A stretch of 64,000 bases of DNA from Ferruginibacter sp. (GTDB lineage: Bacteria; Bacteroidota; Bacteroidia; Chitinophagales; Chitinophagaceae): positions 9,270 through 73,269 of the forward strand of contig JANNVW010000103.1 of assembly GCA_031408295.1 (NCBI GenBank), written 5' to 3'. Position 1 is the first letter of the stretch. Each line of letters begins with the position of its first letter. The notes under the pieces are model-generated. The model worked only from the letters and a program-made list of their open reading frames with translations, was not told where the DNA came from and made no database searches. The translations under genes were made by a program, and so were the position numbers. Shown here piece after piece: positions 47,573 to 57,707 of the stretch.

Positions 47573-47713
47573 TTTTTAATGAATGATTTAAAAACTAAAA
47601 GAAAGCCAAAGCTAATTTAGTTTTATTTGTACAGCTAATTTAAGTTTAAATGATAAACAAGATTTTTTTGACGACAACAATGTAGTATTTTGCATTACAC
47701 TGAAAATTAGCAA

Positions 47714-48706
47714 TTGAAACTTAAAAAAGGCATATCGGTTATTATACCCAATTATAATGGAAGAGATTTATTGCCAATTATTCTTCCTGCATTACACGAA
47801 GCTTTAGAAAATACGAAGCTATTGTACGAAGTTATTGTATCTGACGACTGCTCACAAGATGATACAATATCTTATTTGCAAAATAATTTTAAAAATGTAA
47901 AGTTAATTACATCAAACACAAATGCTGGGTTTTCAATAACAATAAATAAAGGAATATTTGCTGCACAATACGATTTGTTATTGCTGCTTAATAGCGATGT
48001 GATTCTTACTAAAGATTATTTTAACCATTTGTTACATTATTTTGAGGAGCCAAATACTTTTGGTGTGATGGGGCGTATTATAGGCTGGGACGATGATGTG
48101 GTACAAGATGGGGGTAAATATCCTTCTTTTCATGGAGCAAAAATAAAAACTTCTGGAAATTATATACCTTTACAAACAGCAAAAGAAGATACGTTTTTAA
48201 GTATGTATTTATCTGGAGCTAATGCGTTTGTATCTACAGAAAAAATACAAGAGTTGGGTGGGTTTAACGAACTTTTTTCACCTTTTTATGTGGAAGATTT
48301 TGAATTAAGCCTTCGTGCATGGAGGCTTGGTTGGAAATGCTTTTATGAACCACATTCCATTTGTAGGCATAAAGTATCTACAACAATAAAATCTAAAATT
48401 AGTAAAACGGAGATAAGAAAAATTTACTACAGAAATAAAATGTTTTTGCATAGTATACACTTAAATGGTATAAAAAGAGTGCTTTGGTATCTTCAATTAT
48501 TTCCAGAAACACTTATTCATGTGGTTACAGGTAGGCTTTGGTATTTTTCGTCGTTACAAATGTTTTTTAAGGCAAGCAAAAAAATTAACAAGGCAAGAAT
48601 AGAATTTAAGTTAATGATGAATAAGAAAAATAGTAGTATTACTGTACAAGAAGTAGTAAATAAAATTTTATTTTCTTTAAAAGATAAAAATATAAAAAGA
48701 TTTTAA
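47714..48706 (+). CDS. family 2 glycosyltransferase
   Basis: ISVIIPNYNG...VSDDCSQD...NSD. TTG start. Confidence 0.8.
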   Translation: MKLKKGISVIIPNYNGRDLLPIILPALHEALENTKLLYEVIVSDDCSQDDTISYLQNNFKNVKLITSNTNAGFSITINKGIFAAQYDLLLLLNSDVILTKDYFNHLLHYFEEPNTFGVMGRIIGWDDDVVQDGGKYPSFHGAKIKTSGNYIPLQTAKEDTFLSMYLSGANAFVSTEKIQELGGFNELFSPFYVEDFELSLRAWRLGWKCFYEPHSICRHKVSTTIKSKISKTEIRKIYYRNKMFLHSIHLNGIKRVLWYLQLFPETLIHVVTGRLWYFSSLQMFFKASKKINKARIEFKLMMNKKNSSITVQEVVNKILFSLKDKNIKRF

Positions 48707-48717
48707 AAGGGCTAAAC

Positions 48718-49665
48718 ATGCAAGAAACAAAACCACTAATTTCTATTGCTTTAGCCACTTACAATGGAGAAAAATATCTTGTACAACAAATAGAAACTTT
48801 ACTACATCAAACGTACCTCAATATTGAAATAGTAGTTTCCGATGATGGCTCTTCCGACAATACAATTAGCATTTTAGAATCGTATGCTAAAAAAACTAAC
48901 AACTTTTTTGTGTTTAAAAATGCTGGATTACATGGCATAAAACGAAATTTTGAAAACGCACTTAAATATTGCAAGGGAGCTTATATAGCTTTTGCTGACC
49001 AAGATGATATTTGGATGCCCAATAAAATTGAAAGACTATTTGCTGCAATCGGTGATAATGCATTATCATATCACAATTCTCTTTTTGTAGACGATGCAGG
49101 AAATTCTTTGGAAAGAACTTTTGCTACAAGGTTAAATATGTATGAAGGTGATGATGGTAAGGCTTTTTTATTTTGTAATTGTGTATCAGGTCATGCCATG
49201 TTATTTAGCCGAAATTTATTAGATATTGTGATTCCTTTTGCTGATGCAGTACACCACGACTGGTGGCTTGCATTTATAGCCGCAGAAAATGGTGGAATAA
49301 AATATGTAGATGAAGTATTGGTGCATTATAGACAACACACACAAAGCGAAACAGATTTTTTTGGATTAAAAAATGAAAAAGTTGACCGTGAAAAAATTGA
49401 GAAGGAGTGTATAGAGTGGTTTGATACTTGTGCAAATGCAACAAGCAAACATCAGGCATTTTTAAAAAAATGGGCAAGTGTTTATAAAAATAAAGACAAA
49501 CATATATTTAGTTGGAAAATGTTTTTCATGGCACTAGGTGCGCTTGATACCTTATATTTTATGCGTAAAAAAAGTATTAAGAGTAAATTTTTTCTTGTGC
49601 TTACTAGTAGCTGGGGGCAAGGGATAAAAAGATTTGTTAGAAATTTAAAAAAAGGGGAGAACTAG
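48718..49665 (+). CDS. family 2 glycosyltransferase (rhamnosyltransferase-like)
   Basis: ISIALATYNGEKYL...VSDDGSSD...DQDDIW. Confidence 0.8.
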   Translation: MQETKPLISIALATYNGEKYLVQQIETLLHQTYLNIEIVVSDDGSSDNTISILESYAKKTNNFFVFKNAGLHGIKRNFENALKYCKGAYIAFADQDDIWMPNKIERLFAAIGDNALSYHNSLFVDDAGNSLERTFATRLNMYEGDDGKAFLFCNCVSGHAMLFSRNLLDIVIPFADAVHHDWWLAFIAAENGGIKYVDEVLVHYRQHTQSETDFFGLKNEKVDREKIEKECIEWFDTCANATSKHQAFLKKWASVYKNKDKHIFSWKMFFMALGALDTLYFMRKKSIKSKFFLVLTSSWGQGIKRFVRNLKKGEN

Positions 49666-49677
49666 TATAAAAGTATA

Positions 49678-50619
49678 ATGGAAAATAGTAAAAATAAAAT
49701 CGAGTTAGTATCTATTGCTATGGCAACTTACAATGGCGAGCAATTTATAGAAAAACAACTGGATAGCCTTTTAGCACAAACATACAGCAATTTGGAAATA
49801 ATTATTTCTGATGATGGCTCAACAGACAGCACTGTTGCTATTGTTGAGAGATATATGAAGGCGTTTGCTTCTATTTCTCTTTTTAAGAACCCTCTAAAGA
49901 ATGGCATAAATAAAAATTTTGAAAATGCCATTAAACATTGTAATGGAGATTTTATTGCACTATGTGATCAGGACGATATTTGGCTGCCTCAAAAAATAGA
50001 AATCCTTGTAAATAACATTGGCTCAGCAGCACTTGTTTACCATAATTCTTTATTTATTGATGCAGATGAAAATTCAATGGGTAGAACGATTGCAGATAAG
50101 TTAAACTGCTATAGTGGTCAAGATTCCAAAACATTTCTACTTTTAAATTGTGTGTCTGGACACGAATGCATGTTTGCCAAAAGGCTTGTCAATATTGCTC
50201 TGCCAATACCATCAGCAAAATATTTTGATTGGTGGTTAGCATTTGTAGCAGCAGAAAATGGAGGCTTAAAATATATAGACGAAGTATTGGTGCATTATCG
50301 TCAACATGAAAAAAGCAAAACGGATATGCTTGCATTAAAAAAAACAACAAAGCACAAAAAGGAATTTCTAATATACGAAGAAGAGCTAGAGTGGTATAAT
50401 AGTTGTGCTAAAGTAGCAAGCTTAAATAAATCATTTTACGAACTTTGGGCAAAATATTATAAACAAAGAAAAAACCAATGGTTTAGTTTTTCACTATTTT
50501 TATTGGCAAGAAAAAATGCTAAAACTTTATACTTTATAAAAAAGAAAAGCAGTATAAGTCGTTTTTTTGAGTCGCTAAAACTGCTTTGGGGGCTTAAAAT
50601 GAAAACCTTTTTTGGTTAA
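49678..50619 (+). CDS. family 2 glycosyltransferase, tandem paralog of 48718-49665
   Basis: VSIAMATYNGEQFI...ISDDGSTD...DQDDIW. Collinear with its neighbour over the full length. Confidence 0.8.
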   Translation: MENSKNKIELVSIAMATYNGEQFIEKQLDSLLAQTYSNLEIIISDDGSTDSTVAIVERYMKAFASISLFKNPLKNGINKNFENAIKHCNGDFIALCDQDDIWLPQKIEILVNNIGSAALVYHNSLFIDADENSMGRTIADKLNCYSGQDSKTFLLLNCVSGHECMFAKRLVNIALPIPSAKYFDWWLAFVAAENGGLKYIDEVLVHYRQHEKSKTDMLALKKTTKHKKEFLIYEEELEWYNSCAKVASLNKSFYELWAKYYKQRKNQWFSFSLFLLARKNAKTLYFIKKKSSISRFFESLKLLWGLKMKTFFG

Positions 50620-50643
50620 ATTGCAAATAGAAGAATATACTTT

Positions 50644-51282
50644 ATGACAAATTTTATTCCCTTGTTCCCTTTATCTATTGTGGTTTTTCCTGGTGAGGAA
50701 TTAAACCTACATATTTTTGAACCTCGGTATAAGCAACTGGTACAGGATTGTTTTAACAATAAAAAACCATTTGGCATACCTGCGGTTTTAAATAACCAAG
50801 TAATGGAATTTGGTACTTTGGTAGACATAATAGAGATATCAAAAACATATGACAATGGAGAAATGGACATTAAAACAAGGGCTACACTGGTTTTTAGAAT
50901 GCTAGAAAAAATTGAGGAGTTACCAGAGAAACTTTACCATGGCGCTATTGTTACCTATCCGAGTACAAAGTATATTGGTAGTGCAGCACTAATGAAGAAT
51001 ATATTGGCTAGTATAAGGGCATTACATATTTTGCTGAGCGTAACAAAAGATTTTAAAAAACAAGACGAAGCATTGCTTAGTTTTGATGTAGCACACCATG
51101 CAGGTATGACGCTAGAAGACGAATATCAATTGATAGAATTTGAACAAGAATTGCATAGACAAGAATTTATAAATAGGCATCTTACAAAAGTTCTTGATGT
51201 AATGTCTCAAATGGGAAAGCTAAAAGATAAAATTAAATTAAATGGACATTTTAAAAATTTGGAAGGATTTAAGTTTGGCTAA
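50644..51282 (+). CDS. LON substrate-binding (Lon N-terminal) domain protein
   Basis: LFPLSIVVFPGEELNLHIFEPRYKQLV. Confidence 0.75.
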   Translation: MTNFIPLFPLSIVVFPGEELNLHIFEPRYKQLVQDCFNNKKPFGIPAVLNNQVMEFGTLVDIIEISKTYDNGEMDIKTRATLVFRMLEKIEELPEKLYHGAIVTYPSTKYIGSAALMKNILASIRALHILLSVTKDFKKQDEALLSFDVAHHAGMTLEDEYQLIEFEQELHRQEFINRHLTKVLDVMSQMGKLKDKIKLNGHFKNLEGFKFG

Positions 51283-51453
51283 CAGTTGGCAGTTGGCAAA
51301 GGGCAGTTGGCAAATAGCAGTTGGCAAAGGGCAAGATGCAGTTGGCAAAGGGCAGTGGTGGGCAATAGGGAGTTGGCAATTGAGAGTTGTCATTTAAAAG
51401 GAGGCAATAACAATTTACCAATGCAACAATTAAACAATTTACCAATGCAACAA
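51283..51453. repeat. intergenic tandem repeats: CAGTTGGCAAAGGG-type 14-mer (7+7) x~7, then a 24-nt repeat x2
   Basis: cagttggcaaaggg/cagttggcaaatag units at 51283-51390. caatttaccaatgcaacaa at 51411 and 51435. Confidence 0.85.
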
Positions 51454-52191
51454 CCAAACAATACAACGCTCTGCTTCGACTTTGGAAACACCCGCCGGAA
51501 AGCCGCTATTTTTATAAATGATAATATGAGCGAAACCATTTATTTGGAAAATGATGATGTGGAAACCATGGAAAAAATTATAGAAAAATATAATCCACAA
51601 AAAACCATTCTTTCTTCTGTAATAAAACATAACGAAGCAATAGAAGATGTACTAGCAGCAAAAACATTGTTTCATAAATTATCTGTAGCCACAAAAATAA
51701 ATTTTACAACACCCGTGGGCAAGCCCGAAACTATTGGTGCAGATCGTTTAGCATTGGTGAGTGCAGCAGTACACTTTTACCCAAATAAAAATAACCTGAT
51801 TATTGGTTTGGGCAGTTGTATTACCTACAACTTTGTAAACCAGCAGCACGAGTTTTTAGGTGGCGGCATTTCGCCAGGCATGGATATGCGCTTTAAAGCC
51901 ATGCACGATTATACTGCTTTATTGCCTTTGGAGAAAGAAACATGGAATTTTCCATTAATTGGCTATGACACTAGAACAAATCTACAAAGTGGTGTTTTAA
52001 ACGGTATGGCCGCTGAAATAGAGGGTATTGTGGAACGATATGGCAATAAATTTGACAACTTTAACGTGGTTTTAACCGGCGGAAATTCATCGTATTTTGC
52101 CGGGCAACTTAAAAGCCGGATATTTGCCGACCGTAATTTTTTATTTAAAGGACTGTATGCACTTAGCGAACTTAACAACTGCCACAATTAA
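51445..52191 (+). CDS. coaX: type III pantothenate kinase
   Basis: CFDFGNTRRK (DxGNT), GADR and LTGG. The ATG at 51445 gives about 249 aa. The track ORF start at 51286 reads through the repeat array. Confidence 0.8.
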   Translation: MQQPNNTTLCFDFGNTRRKAAIFINDNMSETIYLENDDVETMEKIIEKYNPQKTILSSVIKHNEAIEDVLAAKTLFHKLSVATKINFTTPVGKPETIGADRLALVSAAVHFYPNKNNLIIGLGSCITYNFVNQQHEFLGGGISPGMDMRFKAMHDYTALLPLEKETWNFPLIGYDTRTNLQSGVLNGMAAEIEGIVERYGNKFDNFNVVLTGGNSSYFAGQLKSRIFADRNFLFKGLYALSELNNCHN

Positions 52192-53515
52192 GAAGACCTC
52201 AATATTCATTTTTGTATTATTTACTACCACTTGTGCTATTGCCCAAGTAAATGCTCCATATTCTAGATATGGTGTGGGAGAATTTTCCTCGCCGCAAAAT
52301 ATTACTAGTCGTAGTATGGGAGGAATATCTACTGGATTTGTAGATGTATCTGGCTTTTTGCCATATTCACAATCTATAAACCTTACCAATCCTGCGGCTT
52401 TGGGTAGCCTCAACACCACCATTTTCGATTTTGGGTTAGATGTAGACAGAAGGACGCTAAAAAGTAAAACTTCCTCTCAAAAATATTCTGCAAATAATGC
52501 TAATATTGCTTACATACAACTTGGTTTTCCCATTACGCCAAAGCGTATGTTAAAAAAAGGAAATTTTTGGAATGTAGCTTTTGGGCTCAAGCCTTTGAGT
52601 AAAATAAGTTATAAAATACAAGAAAATGTAAGGGTTACAGGTATAGATAGCACGAGTACTTTATTTGAAGGTACTGGTGGTATAAACCAAGTAAATATTA
52701 GCACTGGAGTAAAAATTAAAAATTTAAGCTTTGGGTTAACCACAGGTTATAGTTTTGGCAATAGAGATATAAGTAGTAGAAAGAGTTTTGTTAATGATAC
52801 CATAGTAACTCCATATCAACAATCTAATATTGAAACAATCTCGAACTTTGGAGGTGCATTTTTAAACCTTGGTGTACAATATGCTATTAAATTGCAAAAT
52901 AAAGGCTTGTTGCGTATAGGTGCTACAGCTAATTTAAAGCAAACACTAAAAGGTAAAAGAGATAATTTTGTGGAGACTTTTTACTACAATCCAGATGGTA
53001 CACTTACTACTATAGATATTATTGATACTTCAAAAAATATATCAGGCAAAATTAATATACCAGCTTCTTACAGTGTAGGGTTTACGTATACAAATCCTCA
53101 CTGGGTAACGGGTGTAGATATAGATTTCTCTAACCTGTCTAATTATTCATATTTTGGAGCTAAAGACCTTACTCAGAATACAGCAAAATTTCGTTTTGGT
53201 GCACAATATTACCCCGCAACAACAACTAGCAAAAATTATTGGCGTTTTGTAAAATATCGTGGAGGGTTTTATTATGGTACCGATTATGTGAAGCTCAGTG
53301 ATAGTAGGTCAGACTATGGAGTTACATTGGGCGCAGGTTTACCCCTTACTTCTTTTCAAAGATTACGCTTTGGCGATTTTGTAACACTTAATACTGGTGT
53401 AGAAATTGGGCAGCGTGGCAATAAGCAAAATATTGGTGTAAAAGAAGGTGTTTTTAGAGTGAATTTTGGAATCTCCATGACCGCATCTTGGTTCCAAAAA
53501 CGTAAATATGATTAA
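52157..53515 (+). CDS. putative outer-membrane beta-barrel protein
   Basis: Signal peptide IFIFVLFTTTCAIAQ, NAPYSRYGVGEF N-terminus, strand-like periodicity. The start is uncertain (overlaps the coaX end). Confidence 0.45.
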   Translation: MHLANLTTATIKKTSIFIFVLFTTTCAIAQVNAPYSRYGVGEFSSPQNITSRSMGGISTGFVDVSGFLPYSQSINLTNPAALGSLNTTIFDFGLDVDRRTLKSKTSSQKYSANNANIAYIQLGFPITPKRMLKKGNFWNVAFGLKPLSKISYKIQENVRVTGIDSTSTLFEGTGGINQVNISTGVKIKNLSFGLTTGYSFGNRDISSRKSFVNDTIVTPYQQSNIETISNFGGAFLNLGVQYAIKLQNKGLLRIGATANLKQTLKGKRDNFVETFYYNPDGTLTTIDIIDTSKNISGKINIPASYSVGFTYTNPHWVTGVDIDFSNLSNYSYFGAKDLTQNTAKFRFGAQYYPATTTSKNYWRFVKYRGGFYYGTDYVKLSDSRSDYGVTLGAGLPLTSFQRLRFGDFVTLNTGVEIGQRGNKQNIGVKEGVFRVNFGISMTASWFQKRKYD

Positions 53516-53566
53516 ATATAGCATTGGGTAAAATTGCCTAAGCCATGTTCCTAAATTTTAGGTTTA

Positions 53567-54148
53567 ATGAATATAACTTTTAAACATAAAAATATTAAAG
53601 CAGCCTTATTTGTAAGCTGCTTTTTTTTATTTTCTTGCGAAAATGATCCCGCAGTTATAAATAATTTGGGTAAGAAAAAAGAGAATGGTACAGAAGAGGC
53701 AACTTTTATAAAAATGAATTACTCTGTAGCTGGAAAAACGAAAGCTATACTTACAGCCCCACTAATGTTACATGTGGAAGATACCGTTTCTTACTACGAA
53801 TTTCCCAAAACACTTTACGCAGAATTTTATAATGTACAAGATCAAAAAGAAAGTAAACTAACTGCATTGTACGGTAAATATAAAGATGCACAAAGTTTAA
53901 TTTATTTACGAGATAGTGTAACCATTATAAATATACTTAAAGGAGATACTATTTATTGTGAAGACCTTTATTGGGATAGGAGCAAGGTGGGTGTAGAATT
54001 TTACACGTATAAAAAAGTACGTATACGCCAAAAAGATGGGCAATATATGAATGGCTCTGGCATGGAAGCAGACCAAGCTTTTAAAAACTATCACCTTACA
54101 AACGGCAATGGGGTGCTCAACAGTAAAGGCGACGGATTTCCACAGTAA
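53567..54148 (+). CDS. LptC-like LPS export periplasmic protein
   Basis: Lipobox-like FFLFSC. About 190 aa, in the position downstream of coaX/OMP recalled from Bacteroidota. Weak. Confidence 0.4.
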   Translation: MNITFKHKNIKAALFVSCFFLFSCENDPAVINNLGKKKENGTEEATFIKMNYSVAGKTKAILTAPLMLHVEDTVSYYEFPKTLYAEFYNVQDQKESKLTALYGKYKDAQSLIYLRDSVTIINILKGDTIYCEDLYWDRSKVGVEFYTYKKVRIRQKDGQYMNGSGMEADQAFKNYHLTNGNGVLNSKGDGFPQ

Positions 54149-54266
54149 TTTTTTAATGTTTTACCTATATAAACAAGGCTTCTCAAAAAAATAAAATAAC
54201 TTACGCCTTATTACAAATGACTTTTTAATTTCTATTTTAAAGCCCAAACTTTTTTAATTTTTATAT

Positions 54267-55250
54267 ATGGAATATCGTAAACTTGGCCGCTCTGGCTTAC
54301 AACTTAGTGTACTTTCTTTTGGTAGCTGGGTTAGTTTTAGCAAACAAATAAATGATAAAGTTGCAGAAGAACTAATGGGCATAGCCTATGACAATGGTGT
54401 AAACTTTTTTGACAATGCAGAAGCTTATGCACTTGGAGAAAGCGAAAAAATGATGGGACGCATACTTAAGAAAAAGAAATGGGATAGAACGTCGTATGTG
54501 CTTTCTTCTAAAGCTTATTTTGGCTGGCGTGGAAAAGAAAATAAGCCTAACCAAACAGGCAATAGCCGTAAACACCTTACAGAAGCTTGTAATGAAGCAT
54601 TGGAAAGATTGCAAGTAGATTATTTAGATTTATTTTATTGCCACAGGGCAGATAAAACTACACCAATATTGGAAACGGTGCAAACCATGAATACACTTAT
54701 TCAGCAAGGTAAAATTTTGTACTGGGGCACTAGCGAGTGGACAGGTGTAGAAATTATGGAAGCACACCGTTGTGCAGAAAAGTATGGATTGATTGCCCCC
54801 ACTATGGAACAACCAGAATATAATCTTTTTGAGAGGAGAAAAGTAGAATCAGATTATTCTGAAATATATAAAAATGTAGGATTAGGCACTACCATATGGA
54901 GCCCATTATCTTCAGGCTTACTTACCGGAAAATACAATGAAGGAATGCCAAAAAATGGCCGCTTAAATTTAGAAGGGTTTGAATGGCTAAAAGATAAAAT
55001 ACTACTAGATGACAAAATAAAGAAAGTAAAAAAACTTGGTGAGCTTGCGCAAAAAATGGATGTGAGCCTTGCTAAACTAAGTATAGCTTGGTGTATAAAA
55101 AACCCTAATGTAACAACTGCTATATTAGGGGCAACAAAAAAGATACAACTTACAGAAAATTTAAAAGCATTAGATGTATTGCCTTTACTTACAAGTGATG
55201 TAATGGAAAAGATAGAAAAAATTATGAATAACAAACCTATAATTTATTAA
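54267..55250 (+). CDS. aldo/keto reductase (Kv-beta-like)
   Basis: YRKLGRSGLQLSVLSFGSW, DNAEAY and LDLFYCHR. Confidence 0.85.
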   Translation: MEYRKLGRSGLQLSVLSFGSWVSFSKQINDKVAEELMGIAYDNGVNFFDNAEAYALGESEKMMGRILKKKKWDRTSYVLSSKAYFGWRGKENKPNQTGNSRKHLTEACNEALERLQVDYLDLFYCHRADKTTPILETVQTMNTLIQQGKILYWGTSEWTGVEIMEAHRCAEKYGLIAPTMEQPEYNLFERRKVESDYSEIYKNVGLGTTIWSPLSSGLLTGKYNEGMPKNGRLNLEGFEWLKDKILLDDKIKKVKKLGELAQKMDVSLAKLSIAWCIKNPNVTTAILGATKKIQLTENLKALDVLPLLTSDVMEKIEKIMNNKPIIY

Positions 55251-55252
55251 GT

Positions 55253-55609
55253 ATGATGGTTCACATATATGGTATTGCAAATTGCGGTTCTGTAAAAAAA
55301 GCATTTAGTTGGTTATCTGAAAATGGAATAAAATTTCAGTTTCATGATTTTGCAAATGAGCCAGTAACGGAAGAAAAAATTGCAGTATGGTTAAAAACGC
55401 AACCGCTAGAAATTTTACTCAATAAGAAAAGCACTGCTTGGAAAGGGCTTACACTGGTAGCACAAAAAAAATGCAATAAAGAATCTGATGCAATAAAAAT
55501 AATGGTAGACACTTCTAATCTAATAAAAAGACCTGTAATTGAATATGAAGAAAAACTTTTAGTGGGGTTTAACGAAGAATTATTTACAGTTACTTTTAAC
55601 AAACAATAA
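55253..55609 (+). CDS. ArsC/Spx/YffB family protein
   Basis: IYGIANCGSVKKAFSWL. 118 aa. Confidence 0.75.
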   Translation: MMVHIYGIANCGSVKKAFSWLSENGIKFQFHDFANEPVTEEKIAVWLKTQPLEILLNKKSTAWKGLTLVAQKKCNKESDAIKIMVDTSNLIKRPVIEYEEKLLVGFNEELFTVTFNKQ

Positions 55610-55633
55610 TTATAACACTTTAAAAAATATACG

Positions 55634-56044
55634 ATGAAAAGAAATGCAACAGCCGTTTGGAATGGCACAGGAAAAGAAGGTACTGGCCATCTTACTACAC
55701 AAAGCACTACATTAGATAAAACGCAATACTCTTTTTTGAGTCGTTTTGAAAGTGGTGTAGGTACAAATCCAGAGGAACTTGTAGCAGCAGCGCATGCAGG
55801 TTGTTTTACCATGAAATTAAGTTTTGTATTGAATGCAGCAGGCTTTACGGCAAATGAAATAGCAACAAAGTGCGATATTGAATTAGTAGATGGTGCTATC
55901 ACATCGTCCCATCTTACTGTACATGCCACAATACCTAATATTAGTAAAGAACAATTTGACGAGGCAGTTGCAGATGCAAAAGCAAATTGTCCAATATCTA
56001 AATTGTACAACACCAATATTACAGCAGAAGCTACTTTAGCTTAA
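55634..56044 (+). CDS. osmC: OsmC family peroxiredoxin
   Basis: NPEELVAAAHAGCFTM plus a C-terminal ANCPIS second Cys. Confidence 0.8.
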   Translation: MKRNATAVWNGTGKEGTGHLTTQSTTLDKTQYSFLSRFESGVGTNPEELVAAAHAGCFTMKLSFVLNAAGFTANEIATKCDIELVDGAITSSHLTVHATIPNISKEQFDEAVADAKANCPISKLYNTNITAEATLA

Positions 56045-56127
56045 ATAGGGAATTATTTTGGAAAAGATTTGCAATTGAGAACACAAAGTATTTTCACGAA
56101 GATCACAAACGGGTTTTATTAGCAAAT

Positions 56128-56167
56128 CCTTTGTGAACCTTGTGTTGCCTTTGTGTTCTTTGTTTTC
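56128..56167. repeat. period-10 word repeat (CCTTTGTGNN x4)
   Basis: cctttgtgaa ccttgtgttg cctttgtgtt ctttgttttc. An inverted partner gagaacacaaag lies at ~56078. Confidence 0.65.
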
Positions 56168-56224
56168 AAAAAAATCTCCATAAAAATTAACCAATACCTA
56201 CTATCTTTAAAAAAATATTTATTT

Positions 56225-57043
56225 ATGCCATTTACAAATAAAACCATTTTCATTACAGGCGCAAGCCGTGGTATAGGAAAAGCAATAGCACTAAGGCTTG
56301 CAAAAGAAGGCGCCAATATTGTAGTAGCTGCAAAAAGTACAACAGAAAATCCTAAGCTTGGCGGCACTATTTTTAGCGCAGCAAAAGAAATAGAAGATGC
56401 AGGAGGCAAAGCACTTGCCATTCAGTGTGATATTAGAGATGAAGTACAAATTCAAACAGCAGTAGATAAAGCTGTAGAAACTTTTGGTGGAATTGATGTA
56501 CTGATAAACAATGCATCTGCCATTTCGCTCACGGGTACAGAAGCTACTGAGCCAAAGCGCTTCGACCTCATGCATAGCATAAATGTACGGGGTACTTTTT
56601 TTATGAGTAGGGCTTGTATACCACACTTAAAAAAATCTAGCAATGCCCATATTATTACACTCTCTCCTCCATTAAATATGGATATGAAATGGTTTAAAAA
56701 TCATATTGCGTATACGTTGAGTAAATACAATATGACCATGATAGCACTTGGTCTTGCAGAAGAATTGAAGCAGTTTAATATTGCCTCTAACGCATTGTGG
56801 CCAAGAACTACAATAGCTACTGCTGCTGTGCAAAATTTATTGGGTGGCGATGCATTAATAAATATGAGCCGTACACCAGAAATAGTTGCAGATGCGGTAT
56901 TTGCTATCTTAAACAGACCATCATCTACTTGTACTGGCAATGCTTTTATTGATGAAGCTGTATTGGCAGAAGATGGAATAACGGATTTAGAAAAATATGC
57001 TGTAGTGCCAGGTGGTAAGTTGTATAATGATTTATTTTTGTAA
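56225..57043 (+). CDS. SDR family oxidoreductase (HSDL2-like)
   Basis: ITGASRGIGKAIAL and YTLSK (YxxxK). ATG at 56225. Confidence 0.85.
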   Translation: MPFTNKTIFITGASRGIGKAIALRLAKEGANIVVAAKSTTENPKLGGTIFSAAKEIEDAGGKALAIQCDIRDEVQIQTAVDKAVETFGGIDVLINNASAISLTGTEATEPKRFDLMHSINVRGTFFMSRACIPHLKKSSNAHIITLSPPLNMDMKWFKNHIAYTLSKYNMTMIALGLAEELKQFNIASNALWPRTTIATAAVQNLLGGDALINMSRTPEIVADAVFAILNRPSSTCTGNAFIDEAVLAEDGITDLEKYAVVPGGKLYNDLFL

Positions 57044-57087
57044 TTGACGATTTGCAACTCACAACTGACTAAAATTAACCACAGTAA

Positions 57088-57149
57088 AGCTGCTAATGCA
57101 CTAATAATTTTGTTTAGCTAGTTATAAAATTATTAGTGTTTTAGCGGCT
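57088..57149. terminator. long imperfect hairpin between convergent genes (bidirectional terminator candidate)
   Basis: agctgctaatgcactaataatttt - 14 nt - aaaattattagtgttttagcggct. The inner 13 bp are perfect. Confidence 0.5.
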
Positions 57150-57155
57150 AAATAT

Positions 57156-57587
57156 TTACGATAACTCATTATCCTTTTTCAACCAATCACCAATACCATA
57201 TGGGTCGTTGTGTACTAATGAAACATGCTCGTGTTTTATTTTCCAATCATCATCTTTCTTTATTAAAACAAATGTAGAGCGAAAAATATTTTCGAATGCT
57301 GTATCATTTACAGCAACCTTTAAGGCTATGATACCAGCAACCCAAGCCATATCTGTTGATTCTTCTACGAAAGGCCCTTCTATCCAATTTATAGAAATAA
57401 GTTTTAATTTAGAAGCGCAGAAATCTGTCCACCCTTTTTTTATTTTTTCGTGGCCAATGGTTGTTAATCGAGGTCCTTCTAAAATTACATAGGTTTCTTC
57501 TGATGGAAAATATTTTGAACAAATACCTTCTACATCTTTATCTATTATAACTTGGTAGTGGGTGTTTATGGTTTGTAGTGCGGTCAT
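57156..57587 (-). CDS. SnoaL/NTF2-like fold protein
   Basis: 143 aa with the C-terminal pattern ...FVLIKKDDDWKIKHEHVS typical of DUF4440/SnoaL-like proteins. Confidence 0.55.
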   Translation of the reverse strand: MTALQTINTHYQVIIDKDVEGICSKYFPSEETYVILEGPRLTTIGHEKIKKGWTDFCASKLKLISINWIEGPFVEESTDMAWVAGIIALKVAVNDTAFENIFRSTFVLIKKDDDWKIKHEHVSLVHNDPYGIGDWLKKDNELS

Positions 57588-57594
57588 AAAGAAT

Positions 57595-57658
57595 AATGTG
57601 GTAATGTGAAAATTCTAAAATGTGAAAATTAGCCAATTAGCCAATGTGATAATGAAAA
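57595..57658. repeat. eight consecutive octamers all starting AAT (period-8 word repeat)
   Basis: aatgtggt aatgtgaa aattctaa aatgtgaa aattagcc aattagcc aatgtgat aatgaaaa. Confidence 0.85.
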
Positions 57659-57707
57659 CTCTAACGAATTTAAAAAATTGGCTCATTCCTTCATTGGCTA
57701 ATTCATT

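Noticed and set aside
51286-51444. N-terminal 53 codons of track ORF 51286-52191 (MAVGKGQLANSSWQRARCSWQRA...)
   Set aside because: This is a translation of the CAGTTGGCAAAGGG repeat array. CoaX proteins are ~250 aa and the DxGNT motif begins right after the ATG at 51445.
51269-51466. 65-aa minus-strand ORF (…LPFANCILPFANCYLPTALCQLPT…)
   Set aside because: Periodic low-complexity translation of the same tandem repeat, not a gene.
55342-56016. 224-aa minus-strand ORF
   Set aside because: Antisense shadow spanning two well-supported + strand genes (ArsC-family and OsmC). It has no motifs and an odd composition.
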